Virus record (IMG/VR): IMGVR_UViG_3300044974_001269
Span: 1 to 57,725 of that record
DNA from: a virus
Lineage: Duplodnaviria > Caudoviricetes
Length of the DNA stretch: 57,725 bases
Direction: 5' to 3' (one strand)
Below, piece by piece: positions 37,009 through 44,998 of this stretch. The notes below the pieces were generated by a model, which saw only the letters and a list, made by a program, of their open reading frames with translations, did no database searches and was not told the DNA's origin. The position numbers and the translations under genes were made by a program. How positions within the stretch are numbered: position 1 is the first letter of the stretch; every line of letters starts with the position of its first letter.

Positions 37009-37559
37009 AAATTGACAGAAATAGACTAGCATGGTTTTTGAAAAACATAAGGGTTGATGACCCAGGAGAACTTACAGATGAAGTTCTTGTGGATAAGCTT
37101 GCAAATTATATGGAAGTTAATCCTGATTTTGTTGATATTCACGGTGTCAGTCACCCTGGTCGTTTCAGTTATCATACTGTTGGGTATGGTGTTTTTTCTC
37201 TTCTTGGAGAAAGATATAGAATGGGAAGAGTTGAAATATTTGACCGACAAGAAGATACAGGATATGCTGTTAGTGAAGGCGCTTATTGTATGCCGTTTGT
37301 TGCAGCAAGTCAATTCGAGGATTTTATTGAATCTTTGGAAACAGACCTTCCGATAAACATAGAAATTGGTTCCCACAAATGGTGTGAATATGAATGTGCA
37401 AAAGACCTCGGTTTCGAAAACGTTGAAGAGATGAGAAACCCTGAAAAAGTCAAAGAATATCGTAAAAAGAAAAACGATATCCACGCACAAGAACAAGGAT
37501 ATAAAGATTTTGATGATTTGTTGAAAAATAGTAAATTTGGAAATCTTTTGGTTAAATGA
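37005..37559 (+). CDS. hypothetical protein
   Basis: ATGA overlap with HAD gene. Confidence 0.75.
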   Translation: MKIDRNRLAWFLKNIRVDDPGELTDEVLVDKLANYMEVNPDFVDIHGVSHPGRFSYHTVGYGVFSLLGERYRMGRVEIFDRQEDTGYAVSEGAYCMPFVAASQFEDFIESLETDLPINIEIGSHKWCEYECAKDLGFENVEEMRNPEKVKEYRKKKNDIHAQEQGYKDFDDLLKNSKFGNLLVK

Positions 37560-37565
37560 TTACCC

Positions 37566-37638
37566 GCGTGTGTAGCTCAATTGGTAGAGTACTGGCTTCC
37601 AAACCCAGTTGTTTTAGGTTCGAGTCCTAACATACGTG
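37566..37638 (+). tRNA. tRNA-Trp(CCA)
   Basis: CTGGC-TTCCAAA-CCCAG (C:C at 31-39); G73. Confidence 0.9.
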
Positions 37639-37641
37639 CAA

Positions 37642-37767
37642 ATAGGTTGATTGGGGAAGGGATATACGTTAACCTGATGATGGTGGTGGTATATTCGGAG
37701 TTGAAATCATCATAGTAATGCCAATCATAAAAGGAGTTGTCCACTCGACCATCTTCTCCTTTCCTAT
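37642..37767 (+). ncRNA. unknown structured RNA between two tRNAs
   Basis: ATAGG/CCTAT, TGATTGG/CCAATCA, TGATGAT/ATCATCA, AAAGGAG/CTCCTTT nested helices. Confidence 0.65.
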
Positions 37768-37769
37768 AA

Positions 37770-37843
37770 GGACCCCTAGCTCAGCAGGTTAGAGCAACTG
37801 ACTCATAATCAGTAGGTCCACGGTTCGAGCCCGTGGGGGTCCA
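37770..37843 (+). tRNA. tRNA with CAT anticodon, probably Ile2 (lysidine)
   Basis: ACTGA-CTCATAA-TCAGT; paired G1-C72, no initiator GGG/CCC stem. Confidence 0.9.
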
Positions 37844-37895
37844 CAAGGTCTGTCTCTGTTTAGGTTCTTGGATATTTATTAATAAATTATTAATC

Positions 37896-38201
37896 ATGTC
37901 AAGAAATAAAATTTCCTCCGAAGAAAAAGAGTTCATAATCGAAAGTCACATGAGGGCTGGTTATAACACATTTGATTGGTCAGTAATCGAAGAAGATGTT
38001 GACCCTGAATTCGAAATGACTGAAAGAAAAATGGAGAGTGTTGAAGATTTGGAAAAACAAATTAAAGAACTTGAGAAAAAAATTGAGGAACTCAAAGCGA
38101 AAAAATCAAAGAAAAAAGAAACCAAAGAAGACGAGTTTGATAGTTTAGTCGATGCGGATATTGATGTAGAAGACGAAAGAGATTCCTTGGAACAATCTTA
38201 A
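37896..38201 (+). CDS. acidic coiled-coil protein
   Basis: start MSRNKISSEEKE at 37896 after ATATTTAT motif. Confidence 0.75.
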   Translation: MSRNKISSEEKEFIIESHMRAGYNTFDWSVIEEDVDPEFEMTERKMESVEDLEKQIKELEKKIEELKAKKSKKKETKEDEFDSLVDADIDVEDERDSLEQS

Positions 38202-38767
38202 ACTAAGTTTCCTGGTGTTATTACAATTATTTGACCAACATACATGTTTTCAGGTGATATTGGTACTTCAGTAAAATCGAACCAACACCTTGTAAAATCA
38301 ACTTTGTTTACAACTCTCATATCTTCTAAAAAAGGGTCCAAAATAAATAAGTTTTTGTTGTCATACCCAATCACAACGGAAGAGTGTCCTTCAGGCGGGT
38401 CCCCACAGAACCAATCTACAACAACAGGGATTTCACTATCGATATAACTTATTATTTCATCAATTGTAGAATTATTTTTCAAAAATACATTGAAACCCAA
38501 GGTTTCTGCTGCACAGACCATATCTTCACTCTTACATCCCATTTCGTAAGTGTGGTCACAGATTTGGGCGATTAATGCTTCATCATAAAACTTTCCGTAG
38601 TAAGCAAAAATCATTCTGAGAGAAGCTGGCCCACAGGTACTATCATCTGATTGCAGATAGTGAGGTACATCCAAAATTTTGGATTTACCCTCCATTTCGT
38701 TAATAATTTTTTTTACCAAAGAAATTAATTCAACTTCGGACAATAAAATTTTTTTCTGCATATCCAA
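38198..38767 (-). CDS. C39-like cysteine peptidase
   Basis: Q....TCGPASL.M..YYG, GHSSVVIGYD, ILDP. Confidence 0.88.
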   Translation of the reverse strand: MDMQKKILLSEVELISLVKKIINEMEGKSKILDVPHYLQSDDSTCGPASLRMIFAYYGKFYDEALIAQICDHTYEMGCKSEDMVCAAETLGFNVFLKNNSTIDEIISYIDSEIPVVVDWFCGDPPEGHSSVVIGYDNKNLFILDPFLEDMRVVNKVDFTRCWFDFTEVPISPENMYVGQIIVITPGNLV

Positions 38768-38803
38768 TAAATATATTAATTTTACACTTTGAATATTTAA
38801 GTT

Positions 38804-39091
38804 ATGACAATTGGATTAGTAGGAAGTTTGATGTTAACGTTCTGTGGTGTACCAGAGCTAATAAGAACCCTCAAAAATGGACGATGTGATTTAGGTTGGG
38901 GGTTTCTCTTAATGTGGTTCATCGGAGAGGTTCTGTGTACATTATATGGTTTTGATTTGAACGAGGTCCCTCTTATCATAAATTATACCTTCAATTTATT
39001 AGTTTCGGGTATTATGGTCTATTACAAGATACAAGGAGAGTTGCCTGAGCGGTTAAAGGAGCAGTTTGCTAAACTGTGGTCGAGTAATTGA
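38804..39091 (+). CDS. PQ-loop / SemiSWEET-like membrane protein
   Basis: IGLVGS....CGVPELIRT, three TM helices, PLIINY; 3' end runs into tRNA-Ser. Confidence 0.8.
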   Translation: MTIGLVGSLMLTFCGVPELIRTLKNGRCDLGWGFLLMWFIGEVLCTLYGFDLNEVPLIINYTFNLLVSGIMVYYKIQGELPERLKEQFAKLWSSN

Positions 39092-39119
39092 CCCATTGGT
39101 TCGAATCCAATACTCTCCG
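39035..39119 (+). tRNA. tRNA-Ser(GCT)
   Basis: GGAGAGT/ACTCTCC, GCAGT-TTGCTAA-ACTGT, long variable arm. Confidence 0.93.
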
Positions 39120-39123
39120 CATG

Positions 39124-39154
39124 TTGACTCTTTCAAAACCTTTTGATATATTTA
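39124..39154 (+). promoter_or_regulatory. promoter
   Basis: TTGACT-N17-TATATTTA. Confidence 0.65.
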
Positions 39155-39196
39155 TCAATGATACGTTTGTAAAACATTAACCTAAAACAAAAAAAA

Positions 39197-39376
39197 ATGA
39201 AAAAAATTTTCGCTTTGATGTTATTGGCATCTACAATGGTTGCTTGTAACGGAAACGGTGAGTCGGCTGAAGTGAAAGCTGATTCTGCTGTGGTTGCTGT
39301 TGATTCTACAGTTGTTGCTGATTCTGCACTTGTTGTAGATACTGTAAAAGTTGAAGCTCCAGCTGAAGTAAAGTAA
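39197..39376 (+). CDS. small Bacteroidetes-type lipoprotein, 59 aa
   Basis: MKKIFALMLLASTMVAC lipobox; DSA/DST/DSA/DTV motifs; not in ORF track. Confidence 0.85.
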   Translation: MKKIFALMLLASTMVACNGNGESAEVKADSAVVAVDSTVVADSALVVDTVKVEAPAEVK

Positions 39377-39395
39377 TTCAGTTCTTCTGAGAGTT

Positions 39396-39425
39396 AAAAA
39401 AACCCATCAAATGATGGGTTTTTTT
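39396..39425. terminator. bidirectional terminator
   Basis: AAAAAAACCCATC-AAAT-GATGGGTTTTTTT. Confidence 0.8.
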
Positions 39426-40056
39426 ATTTTATGAGTTGTTTTATTCTTTTTACTTCTTCTGCAAAAGGACCTAAAATACTTTTTTGAAACAATTTCTGAA
39501 CCTCAGCAGTATCCAAATTTTTCAAATATTCATCAAAGGAAAGTGGAGATTTCGTACCCAACTTTGATACAATTTTTTTTACTTCATCACCATCACCACC
39601 ATTTTCAACGGAGTTTGTGTCACCTTCAATAAAGTCTTTATTGATAAATTTAAGAGGGTCCACTAAATTATTGTTTTTTTTCAATGCGAAATGAAGGTGG
39701 GGTCCTGTTGTTTTTCCTGCCCCAGGTTCACCAACTTTTCCACCGCTCAATCCAACAATTTGCCCTTGTTCGACCTTGTCTCCCTGTTTTACATCAATTC
39801 TACTCATGTGACAAAATCTACTCCAAAATCCATTTTTATAATCTATATCTATAGTAGCACCACATTTTGGATTGAAGTTAAAGTCCGCAAGCACAACTTC
39901 CCCATTCATAGGAGCTAAAACCTTTGTTCCAACAGGCACAGGAATGTCAACTCCGGGATGAACTTCATCCGGTCTTTTTTCTCCAAAATTTGATTTCAAT
40001 CCCGAGGGAATTGGAACAGGTTCTAAGATGCTTACTTCCGAAAGTATTTTTTTCAT
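39424..40056 (-). CDS. M23 family metallopeptidase
   Basis: H.GVDI...GT.V.AP, HMS, TTGPHLHF. Confidence 0.92.
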   Translation of the reverse strand: MKKILSEVSILEPVPIPSGLKSNFGEKRPDEVHPGVDIPVPVGTKVLAPMNGEVVLADFNFNPKCGATIDIDYKNGFWSRFCHMSRIDVKQGDKVEQGQIVGLSGGKVGEPGAGKTTGPHLHFALKKNNNLVDPLKFINKDFIEGDTNSVENGGDGDEVKKIVSKLGTKSPLSFDEYLKNLDTAEVQKLFQKSILGPFAEEVKRIKQLIK

Positions 40057-40096
40057 TGTATGATAAAATAAATATTTTCGAAAAGGAAAAACTTTA

Positions 40097-40432
40097 TTAT
40101 TTCGGTTTTGTATAACTCAATCTTTTCCCTTTCTTTTTCTCTGAAGGAGTGGGTAAAGGTTTTTTGGGTTCTTTGATGGTATCCAATATTTCTTTTTTTT
40201 GGTTTTTTTTCTGATTGGAGACTAAACCAAACTTGATAAATTTATACCAAATTCTTTCATGTATATAGTATTGAATTGGTTTGTAAACAAGTTCGGCGAC
40301 ACCAAAGGCGGCTCCTAATTTGATAGAACCAGTTGCCCACCACATAGCTAAAAAACCAATGGTGGTACTTAAAATTCTATAACTTATGGTTTTTGCAAGA
40401 TGTCTCTTATAAGATACTTTAAATTGATTCAT
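40097..40432 (-). CDS. DUF2061-like membrane protein
   Basis: RHLAKTISYR...YYIHERIWYK. Confidence 0.8.
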   Translation of the reverse strand: MNQFKVSYKRHLAKTISYRILSTTIGFLAMWWATGSIKLGAAFGVAELVYKPIQYYIHERIWYKFIKFGLVSNQKKNQKKEILDTIKEPKKPLPTPSEKKKGKRLSYTKPK

Positions 40433-40814
40433 ATGAACTAATAAATAGTGGTATCTCTATATCTTGTAAACCTTTGTCTCGGGTGAAATTGATACCCCAA
40501 GCCCTCGGTAATTCTGGCATTTCAGGGTCTTTGTCGTTTAACACAACACGAGTACCACGACCTATACCCATAATCATCTGATGATATTTTACTCCGAGTT
40601 TTTCGAGTTCTTGTTTTGTAAAAAGTTCATATTGTGGGGGTCGAGCCGTTGTGATTACAATGTGGGCTCCTTCATCATATGATTTATTTAAAAAATCAAT
40701 CACATCCTGAATCGGAGTTAGAACTGCTGTTGATAGTTCACTAAATTTTCTGTACTTAACAATAGTACCATCAATGTCCACAAAAAATGTGGGGTTTTTT
40801 GTTATTTTTTCCAT
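40419..40814 (-). CDS. HAD-family phosphatase (PNK 3'-phosphatase-like)
   Basis: FFVDIDGT, ITTARP, LND. Confidence 0.82.
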   Translation of the reverse strand: MEKITKNPTFFVDIDGTIVKYRKFSELSTAVLTPIQDVIDFLNKSYDEGAHIVITTARPPQYELFTKQELEKLGVKYHQMIMGIGRGTRVVLNDKDPEMPELPRAWGINFTRDKGLQDIEIPLFISSYESI

Positions 40815-40816
40815 AG

Positions 40817-40889
40817 AGCAGAAGACGAGGGTCGAACCCGCTACCTACAGCTTGGAAGGCTGTCGCTCTACCAAATGAGCTACTTCTGC
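40817..40889 (-). tRNA. tRNA-Gly(TCC)
   Basis: GCAGAAG/CTTCTGC, ACAGC-CTTCCAA-GCTGT, U73. Confidence 0.95.
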
Positions 40890-40895
40890 TTAAAA

Positions 40896-40976
40896 GATGG
40901 TCAGGGGTTGGTGGAATTAATACCTCGGAGTCGACTTCCTTTCACCGCTGCAGACGGTTACACCAACATGACCACC
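40896..40976 (-). ncRNA. unknown structured RNA upstream of tRNA-Gly
   Basis: GGTGGTCA/TGACCATC and GTTGGTG/CACCAAC closing stems; GC-rich island. Confidence 0.6.
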
Positions 40977-41079
40977 GATTCTTCAAAAAGAAATGTTGTC
41001 GTTATGTTGTTCCCAATTATGACTATCGGGATACTGTTTATGAGTAACGTTAGTTACAATTGTTTTTTTCGAAAATAAC

Positions 41080-41271
41080 CTATTCATTTTCGAAATTATT
41101 CTTGTTAAGATGTTTGATAGATATTTCATTGTTTTTCCAACTTTTCCAAATGTCAAAATCTTTTAAGTCTTCTAAAGTTTTTTCGTGAACTAATATGAAA
41201 CCCTCAGGTGCACACCCCTCAAATTTACGAACAAGACCATCTTCTTCCAATATTTTTTTTATATCAATCAT
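41080..41271 (-). CDS. hypothetical protein
   Basis: ATGA overlap. Confidence 0.7.
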   Translation of the reverse strand: MIDIKKILEEDGLVRKFEGCAPEGFILVHEKTLEDLKDFDIWKSWKNNEISIKHLNKNNFENE

Positions 41272-41732
41272 TTTCCGATGGCATCTTTGTCAGATATAAC
41301 AAAATTATCAAAATTCTCAACATATGCCTCAACAACTTCTTTAACTTTTGGAACTTTATTCCAAACTATACTTTTTTCACATTGTTGATTGTAAACATCA
41401 TCAATCATGTAAACCACTAATGTGTTTGGTTCCAAAGTCAAAAAACCGTGGGCTTTGTTGTTAGGAATTAAAACCGCTTTATCACTATCTAATATTGCAA
41501 AATCAACTTCTTGAGTTTCTAAGTCTAACATGAAATCTACAATTTTTCCTCTAACTACTTTTACGTATTTAGTTTGGGGATTTTCAGTTTGATAGTGTAA
41601 TCCACGGAAGGTGAATGGTTTTTCATTGACACTCACTGAACATTGAATCCAATTTTTATCTAATAAATTGGTATCTATAGGCGTATAGGACCCTCTATGG
41701 TCGGTGAAAGTTGGATGAGCAATTATTTGCAT
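41268..41732 (-). CDS. rmlC: dTDP-4-dehydrorhamnose 3,5-epimerase
   Basis: F.DHRG, TFRGLHYQ...QTKYV.VVRG.I.D, AHGFLTLE. Confidence 0.9.
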   Translation of the reverse strand: MQIIAHPTFTDHRGSYTPIDTNLLDKNWIQCSVSVNEKPFTFRGLHYQTENPQTKYVKVVRGKIVDFMLDLETQEVDFAILDSDKAVLIPNNKAHGFLTLEPNTLVVYMIDDVYNQQCEKSIVWNKVPKVKEVVEAYVENFDNFVISDKDAIGK

Positions 41733-41735
41733 AAA

Positions 41736-42092
41736 TTATTTTTTTCCGTGTGGTTTAGGTTTTCCAAATTCGTCCAAATGTACAAAAACAATTTTATCAA
41801 TTCTAATAATTGAGACTTTTGTTTTTTTATTTCTTACATCACAACTAAAGGTGATTGAAGTATTACCTACCTCAACAAGTTCCATTCCTAATTCAATGAC
41901 GTCACCAACTTTTGCAGAAGATACAAAGTTTATTTCTGACATTGCTTTAGTAACAATATTAGGGTTGTCTAGTTGACATATTGCAAAAATTGCAGCTTCT
42001 TCATCAATCCACTCCAAAACCCTACCTCCAAACAATGTACCCCGGGAATTAAGGTCTCCGGGTTTAATCAACTTTCTCGTTCTATAATTCAT
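41736..42092 (-). CDS. acyl-CoA thioesterase (hotdog fold)
   Basis: P.DLN..GTLFGG..L.WIDEEAA. Confidence 0.9.
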   Translation of the reverse strand: MNYRTRKLIKPGDLNSRGTLFGGRVLEWIDEEAAIFAICQLDNPNIVTKAMSEINFVSSAKVGDVIELGMELVEVGNTSITFSCDVRNKKTKVSIIRIDKIVFVHLDEFGKPKPHGKK

Positions 42093-42157
42093 TGATAAAG
42101 TATTTATCTATGAATATAAGTCTTCGGACCTAAACATTAAATAGTAATAAATGGCAG

Positions 42158-42382
42158 ATGGTGAGAAAAATAAGCACTTGGAAAAGTGCGTTACAAGACA
42201 ACCTTTCACAGGTTTTTTTAATGTTGGCATTGTTTTTCAATCCATTTGGGTTCGATGCCGTTCAATATTCCCTCATATTACTGACAGGAAGTTTATGGAA
42301 AGCGAACTTCGTTTTGTATTGTATTGCGGGGCTATTTTTTGGTTTGTATATCTACTTTCGAAAGTTATCTAAAGAGCCTTAA
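42158..42382 (+). CDS. small membrane protein
   Basis: FFNPFGFD and two TM helices. Confidence 0.7.
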   Translation: MVRKISTWKSALQDNLSQVFLMLALFFNPFGFDAVQYSLILLTGSLWKANFVLYCIAGLFFGLYIYFRKLSKEP

Positions 42383-43838
42383 GTTCACCTTTCTTGAAGG
42401 CTTCAAAATTTGGTCCTGGTTTAATTAAAAATTTTGAACCTTCTTTTACGTAATCAATTATTCCTGCGTGTTTCGCAGATGCAAAAAATGATGCAAAATG
42501 TCCTCTGAATTGTTTTGATGGATGATAAACATCAGAATGAGAGTGAGCGTATTCTTTTTTTCCATTCACAACTCGAGTTTTCAATTTTCCAATATATTCA
42601 AGAAAATCTAACTTGGTTCCATTGTCGTAACCTGAATCCAAATAATTAACCAACTTTTTTATCAGACCTTTGTTCTTACCAAAAGTATATCCATAATTTA
42701 CTCTTGGTTTCCATACAGGACCTGTAATCCCTTTAACATATTTTTCAAAATTTTGGTCTTCCCGAATTTTCTTAGAAACCCTATCAAGTACAAACCTATC
42801 AAAGACCATTCTTGATTCGCTCGTCAAATTTATAGTAAGGTCAAAACCCCAACCTTCCCAAAGTTTAAAATCGTATTTTGGTTCTTCGTCAAAATCTTCA
42901 CTGAAACCTACTGAAGCACTCCACTTATTGTTATCTCTAGAAGAGTAATTTACAAAAACGTCATACTCATCGAGTATTTCATCGTTCAAATAAATTTTCA
43001 GATTACCAATCGCCTTTCCTTCCATATTGGGAATTACATCATAACCTGTAATTAGGAGTTTTAAGTCTTGATTTACAACATTGTGAAAATTTTTGTAAAT
43101 GCCGAGAGATTGGTCTTTGACTTCGAAAATCCTATCTAAATCCTTTAGGGAAATTTTCTTATTTTCTTCATAATGTTTTGATATTGCCTCCCATAGTTGA
43201 GGAAAATATTCTTTGAAAAGTTCGATGGAACTATCGGTCATAGGTCGGTCTTTTGCATCCCACCATTTTTCACTTCCAATATCATTAAAATGCACTGCAA
43301 CTTTATAATGTGGCTCAGTTTGTTTTCCTTTCTTTCTAATGATGTAATAGAGTCCTTGTTTCCCTCTTGTATATCTTTGGAAATGGTCTGCATCTCTTAC
43401 TGTTGTACACCATTTTGTTCCTGCGCCATATTTACAAGAAGCCTCAATTGTTTTTGGAACTAAGACCAAAAAGTTTTCATCTTCGTAAATTTTTTCAGTT
43501 TGGCTTTCTAATTCTTTTTCCTTTTCTTTTCCTTTGAAAGATTCTAAAACTTTTTCTAATTCTTCAATACTGAGATATTGATTAATATCCTTTTTTTCCA
43601 AATTTTTTTGATACTTGTCAAAATCTTTGACCAAGCGTACCGCTATCTCGGCCACCTCGATAACATCGGCATATTCCAGTAGATGTTTCAAAACCCAATC
43701 TGTATATTTGTGATTGAAATCTTGTAAATCGGAAATACTCAATATAAAATCCAAGTCTTCTTGGTCGTATTTGTCGGAATATTTTTTCTTTAGGTCTTCT
43801 TTTCTACCTTCCTTCAATAAAATATCGAGAAACTTCAT
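42369..43838 (-). CDS. phage protein with P.T..AS..YG..T.WCTT (PcfJ-like) domain
   Basis: start MKFLDILLKEG at 43838; LVLVPKTIEASCKYGAGTKWCTT. Confidence 0.8.
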   Translation of the reverse strand: MKFLDILLKEGRKEDLKKKYSDKYDQEDLDFILSISDLQDFNHKYTDWVLKHLLEYADVIEVAEIAVRLVKDFDKYQKNLEKKDINQYLSIEELEKVLESFKGKEKEKELESQTEKIYEDENFLVLVPKTIEASCKYGAGTKWCTTVRDADHFQRYTRGKQGLYYIIRKKGKQTEPHYKVAVHFNDIGSEKWWDAKDRPMTDSSIELFKEYFPQLWEAISKHYEENKKISLKDLDRIFEVKDQSLGIYKNFHNVVNQDLKLLITGYDVIPNMEGKAIGNLKIYLNDEILDEYDVFVNYSSRDNNKWSASVGFSEDFDEEPKYDFKLWEGWGFDLTINLTSESRMVFDRFVLDRVSKKIREDQNFEKYVKGITGPVWKPRVNYGYTFGKNKGLIKKLVNYLDSGYDNGTKLDFLEYIGKLKTRVVNGKKEYAHSHSDVYHPSKQFRGHFASFFASAKHAGIIDYVKEGSKFLIKPGPNFEAFKKGELKAL

Positions 43839-43854
43839 ATGGTATAAATATACA

Positions 43855-43879
43855 AAAAGGGAGATATTAATCTCCCTTT
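43855..43879 (-). terminator. terminator after tRNA-Arg
   Basis: AAAGGGAGA-TATTAA-TCTCCCTTT. Confidence 0.75.
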
Positions 43880-43880
43880 G

Positions 43881-43952
43881 TAGTCCCGCGTGGACTCGAA
43901 CCACGAATAACTGCTTAGAAGGCAGTGGTTATATCCCTTTAACTACAGGACC
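43881..43952 (-). tRNA. tRNA-Arg(TCT)
   Basis: ACTGC-CTTCTAA-GCAGT; GGTTCGAGTCC. Confidence 0.95.
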
Positions 43953-43953
43953 A

Positions 43954-44304
43954 TCATTTCCAAAACAATTGAATCAAAAGTATAACAAAACTTAGAGACA
44001 AACAAATTAAAGTTTTTGTTGTCATAGGTTCTTTCAATATGAGCCAAGCCATAATACTGAATACAATTACACCAATACTGAATCCAATGATACGGTTGGG
44101 CCAAGTTTCACCATTATAAAGACTTACCATTTCTCTACTTGCGAGAATAACCATGTAACCGACAGGTACACCCATCAAAGTCATTAGAAATGGATTATTC
44201 TTAATCCACTTACTCCAAAGATGTCCTTGAAGTTGATAGAAAGTAAAAGCTTGAGAAAATAGATAAACTGTTAAGATAAAAATAATTGAACCAACCTTGT
44301 TCAT
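43954..44304 (-). CDS. four-TM membrane protein (DMT/EamA-like)
   Basis: four hydrophobic helices; L.EP motif. Confidence 0.75.
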   Translation of the reverse strand: MNKVGSIIFILTVYLFSQAFTFYQLQGHLWSKWIKNNPFLMTLMGVPVGYMVILASREMVSLYNGETWPNRIIGFSIGVIVFSIMAWLILKEPMTTKTLICLSLSFVILLIQLFWK

Positions 44305-44335
44305 AATGAAACAAATATAGAAAATTTTTGTTACA

Positions 44336-44362
44336 AAAAAAACCCTCGTGAGAGGGTTTTTA
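44336..44362. terminator. terminator
   Basis: AAAACCCTC-GTGA-GAGGGTTTT. Confidence 0.75.
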
Positions 44363-44363
44363 T

Positions 44364-44579
44364 TTATCCGTTCATTTCTTCTAAAAAGTTATGAACAATT
44401 TCTTGTTTTTCATCCTCAGAACCTTCTTCGTCGTCCCACATTATTGAATCAGGGTCTGCAGACCAATCGTCCCATTCGTCCCAATTTGCAATAATTGTAA
44501 ACTTTTTACCATCTTCAGTTTCTCCGTTATACCAAACGGTCTTAGATGTTGTCTTTGGTGATTCGTAATCAATAAACAT
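44364..44579 (-). CDS. acidic hypothetical protein
   Basis: ORF. Confidence 0.7.
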   Translation of the reverse strand: MFIDYESPKTTSKTVWYNGETEDGKKFTIIANWDEWDDWSADPDSIMWDDEEGSEDEKQEIVHNFLEEMNG

Positions 44580-44646
44580 ATTTCAAATTTTAAAGTGTAT
44601 TGGAAATATAACCTAAAACCGCAAATAATTCAACTAAAACAAAAAA

Positions 44647-44787
44647 TTAGTTGTTGTTCCACCCATCTATAACACCTTGTTTTATGTCCGCCCAATCAAT
44701 TACTAAGTAAATAATAACTATAACACATAGAATTGTCCATTTGTGTTTAAGAACGAGTGTTTTGATATTTTTTAGTAATTCTTTCAT
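44647..44787 (-). CDS. small single-TM protein, 46 aa
   Basis: MKELLKNIK...WTILCVIVIIYLVIDW...GWNNN; ATGA-coupled to PspC gene; not in ORF track. Confidence 0.7.
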   Translation of the reverse strand: MKELLKNIKTLVLKHKWTILCVIVIIYLVIDWADIKQGVIDGWNNN

Positions 44788-44987
44788 ATTTTTTGCCCTA
44801 TAAGTGAGTTATCTTTAGGTATTACCAACCAAGCTAAGAAATAAAAGAAAATAATTGGTACTGGTGCAAATATCAAAGCTAAAAATATCAATCTCCAAAG
44901 TGTGGAGTCTGTATTTGTATACTCACCGAGTCCACCACAAATTCCTGCAATTTTTTTATCTATCTGACTTCTAAATAATTTTTTCAT
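44784..44987 (-). CDS. pspC: PspC domain protein
   Basis: KKLFRS..DKKIAGICGGLGEY...D.TL.RL, Y..AWLVIP. Confidence 0.9.
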   Translation of the reverse strand: MKKLFRSQIDKKIAGICGGLGEYTNTDSTLWRLIFLALIFAPVPIIFFYFLAWLVIPKDNSLIGQKI

Positions 44988-44998
44988 AATATCTTTTT

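Noticed and set aside
37566-37638. Reading this tRNA as Gly(TCC)
   Set aside because: CCA is centred in the loop and G73 fits Trp; a normal tRNA-Gly(TCC) exists at 40817.
40896-40976. SRP (4.5S) RNA call
   Set aside because: GAAAGGAAG is present, but the helix-8 CAGG..GNRA..AGCA symmetric loop cannot be formed.
40875-41078. 67-aa ORF
   Set aside because: Antisense to tRNA-Gly and the structured RNA; no protein features.
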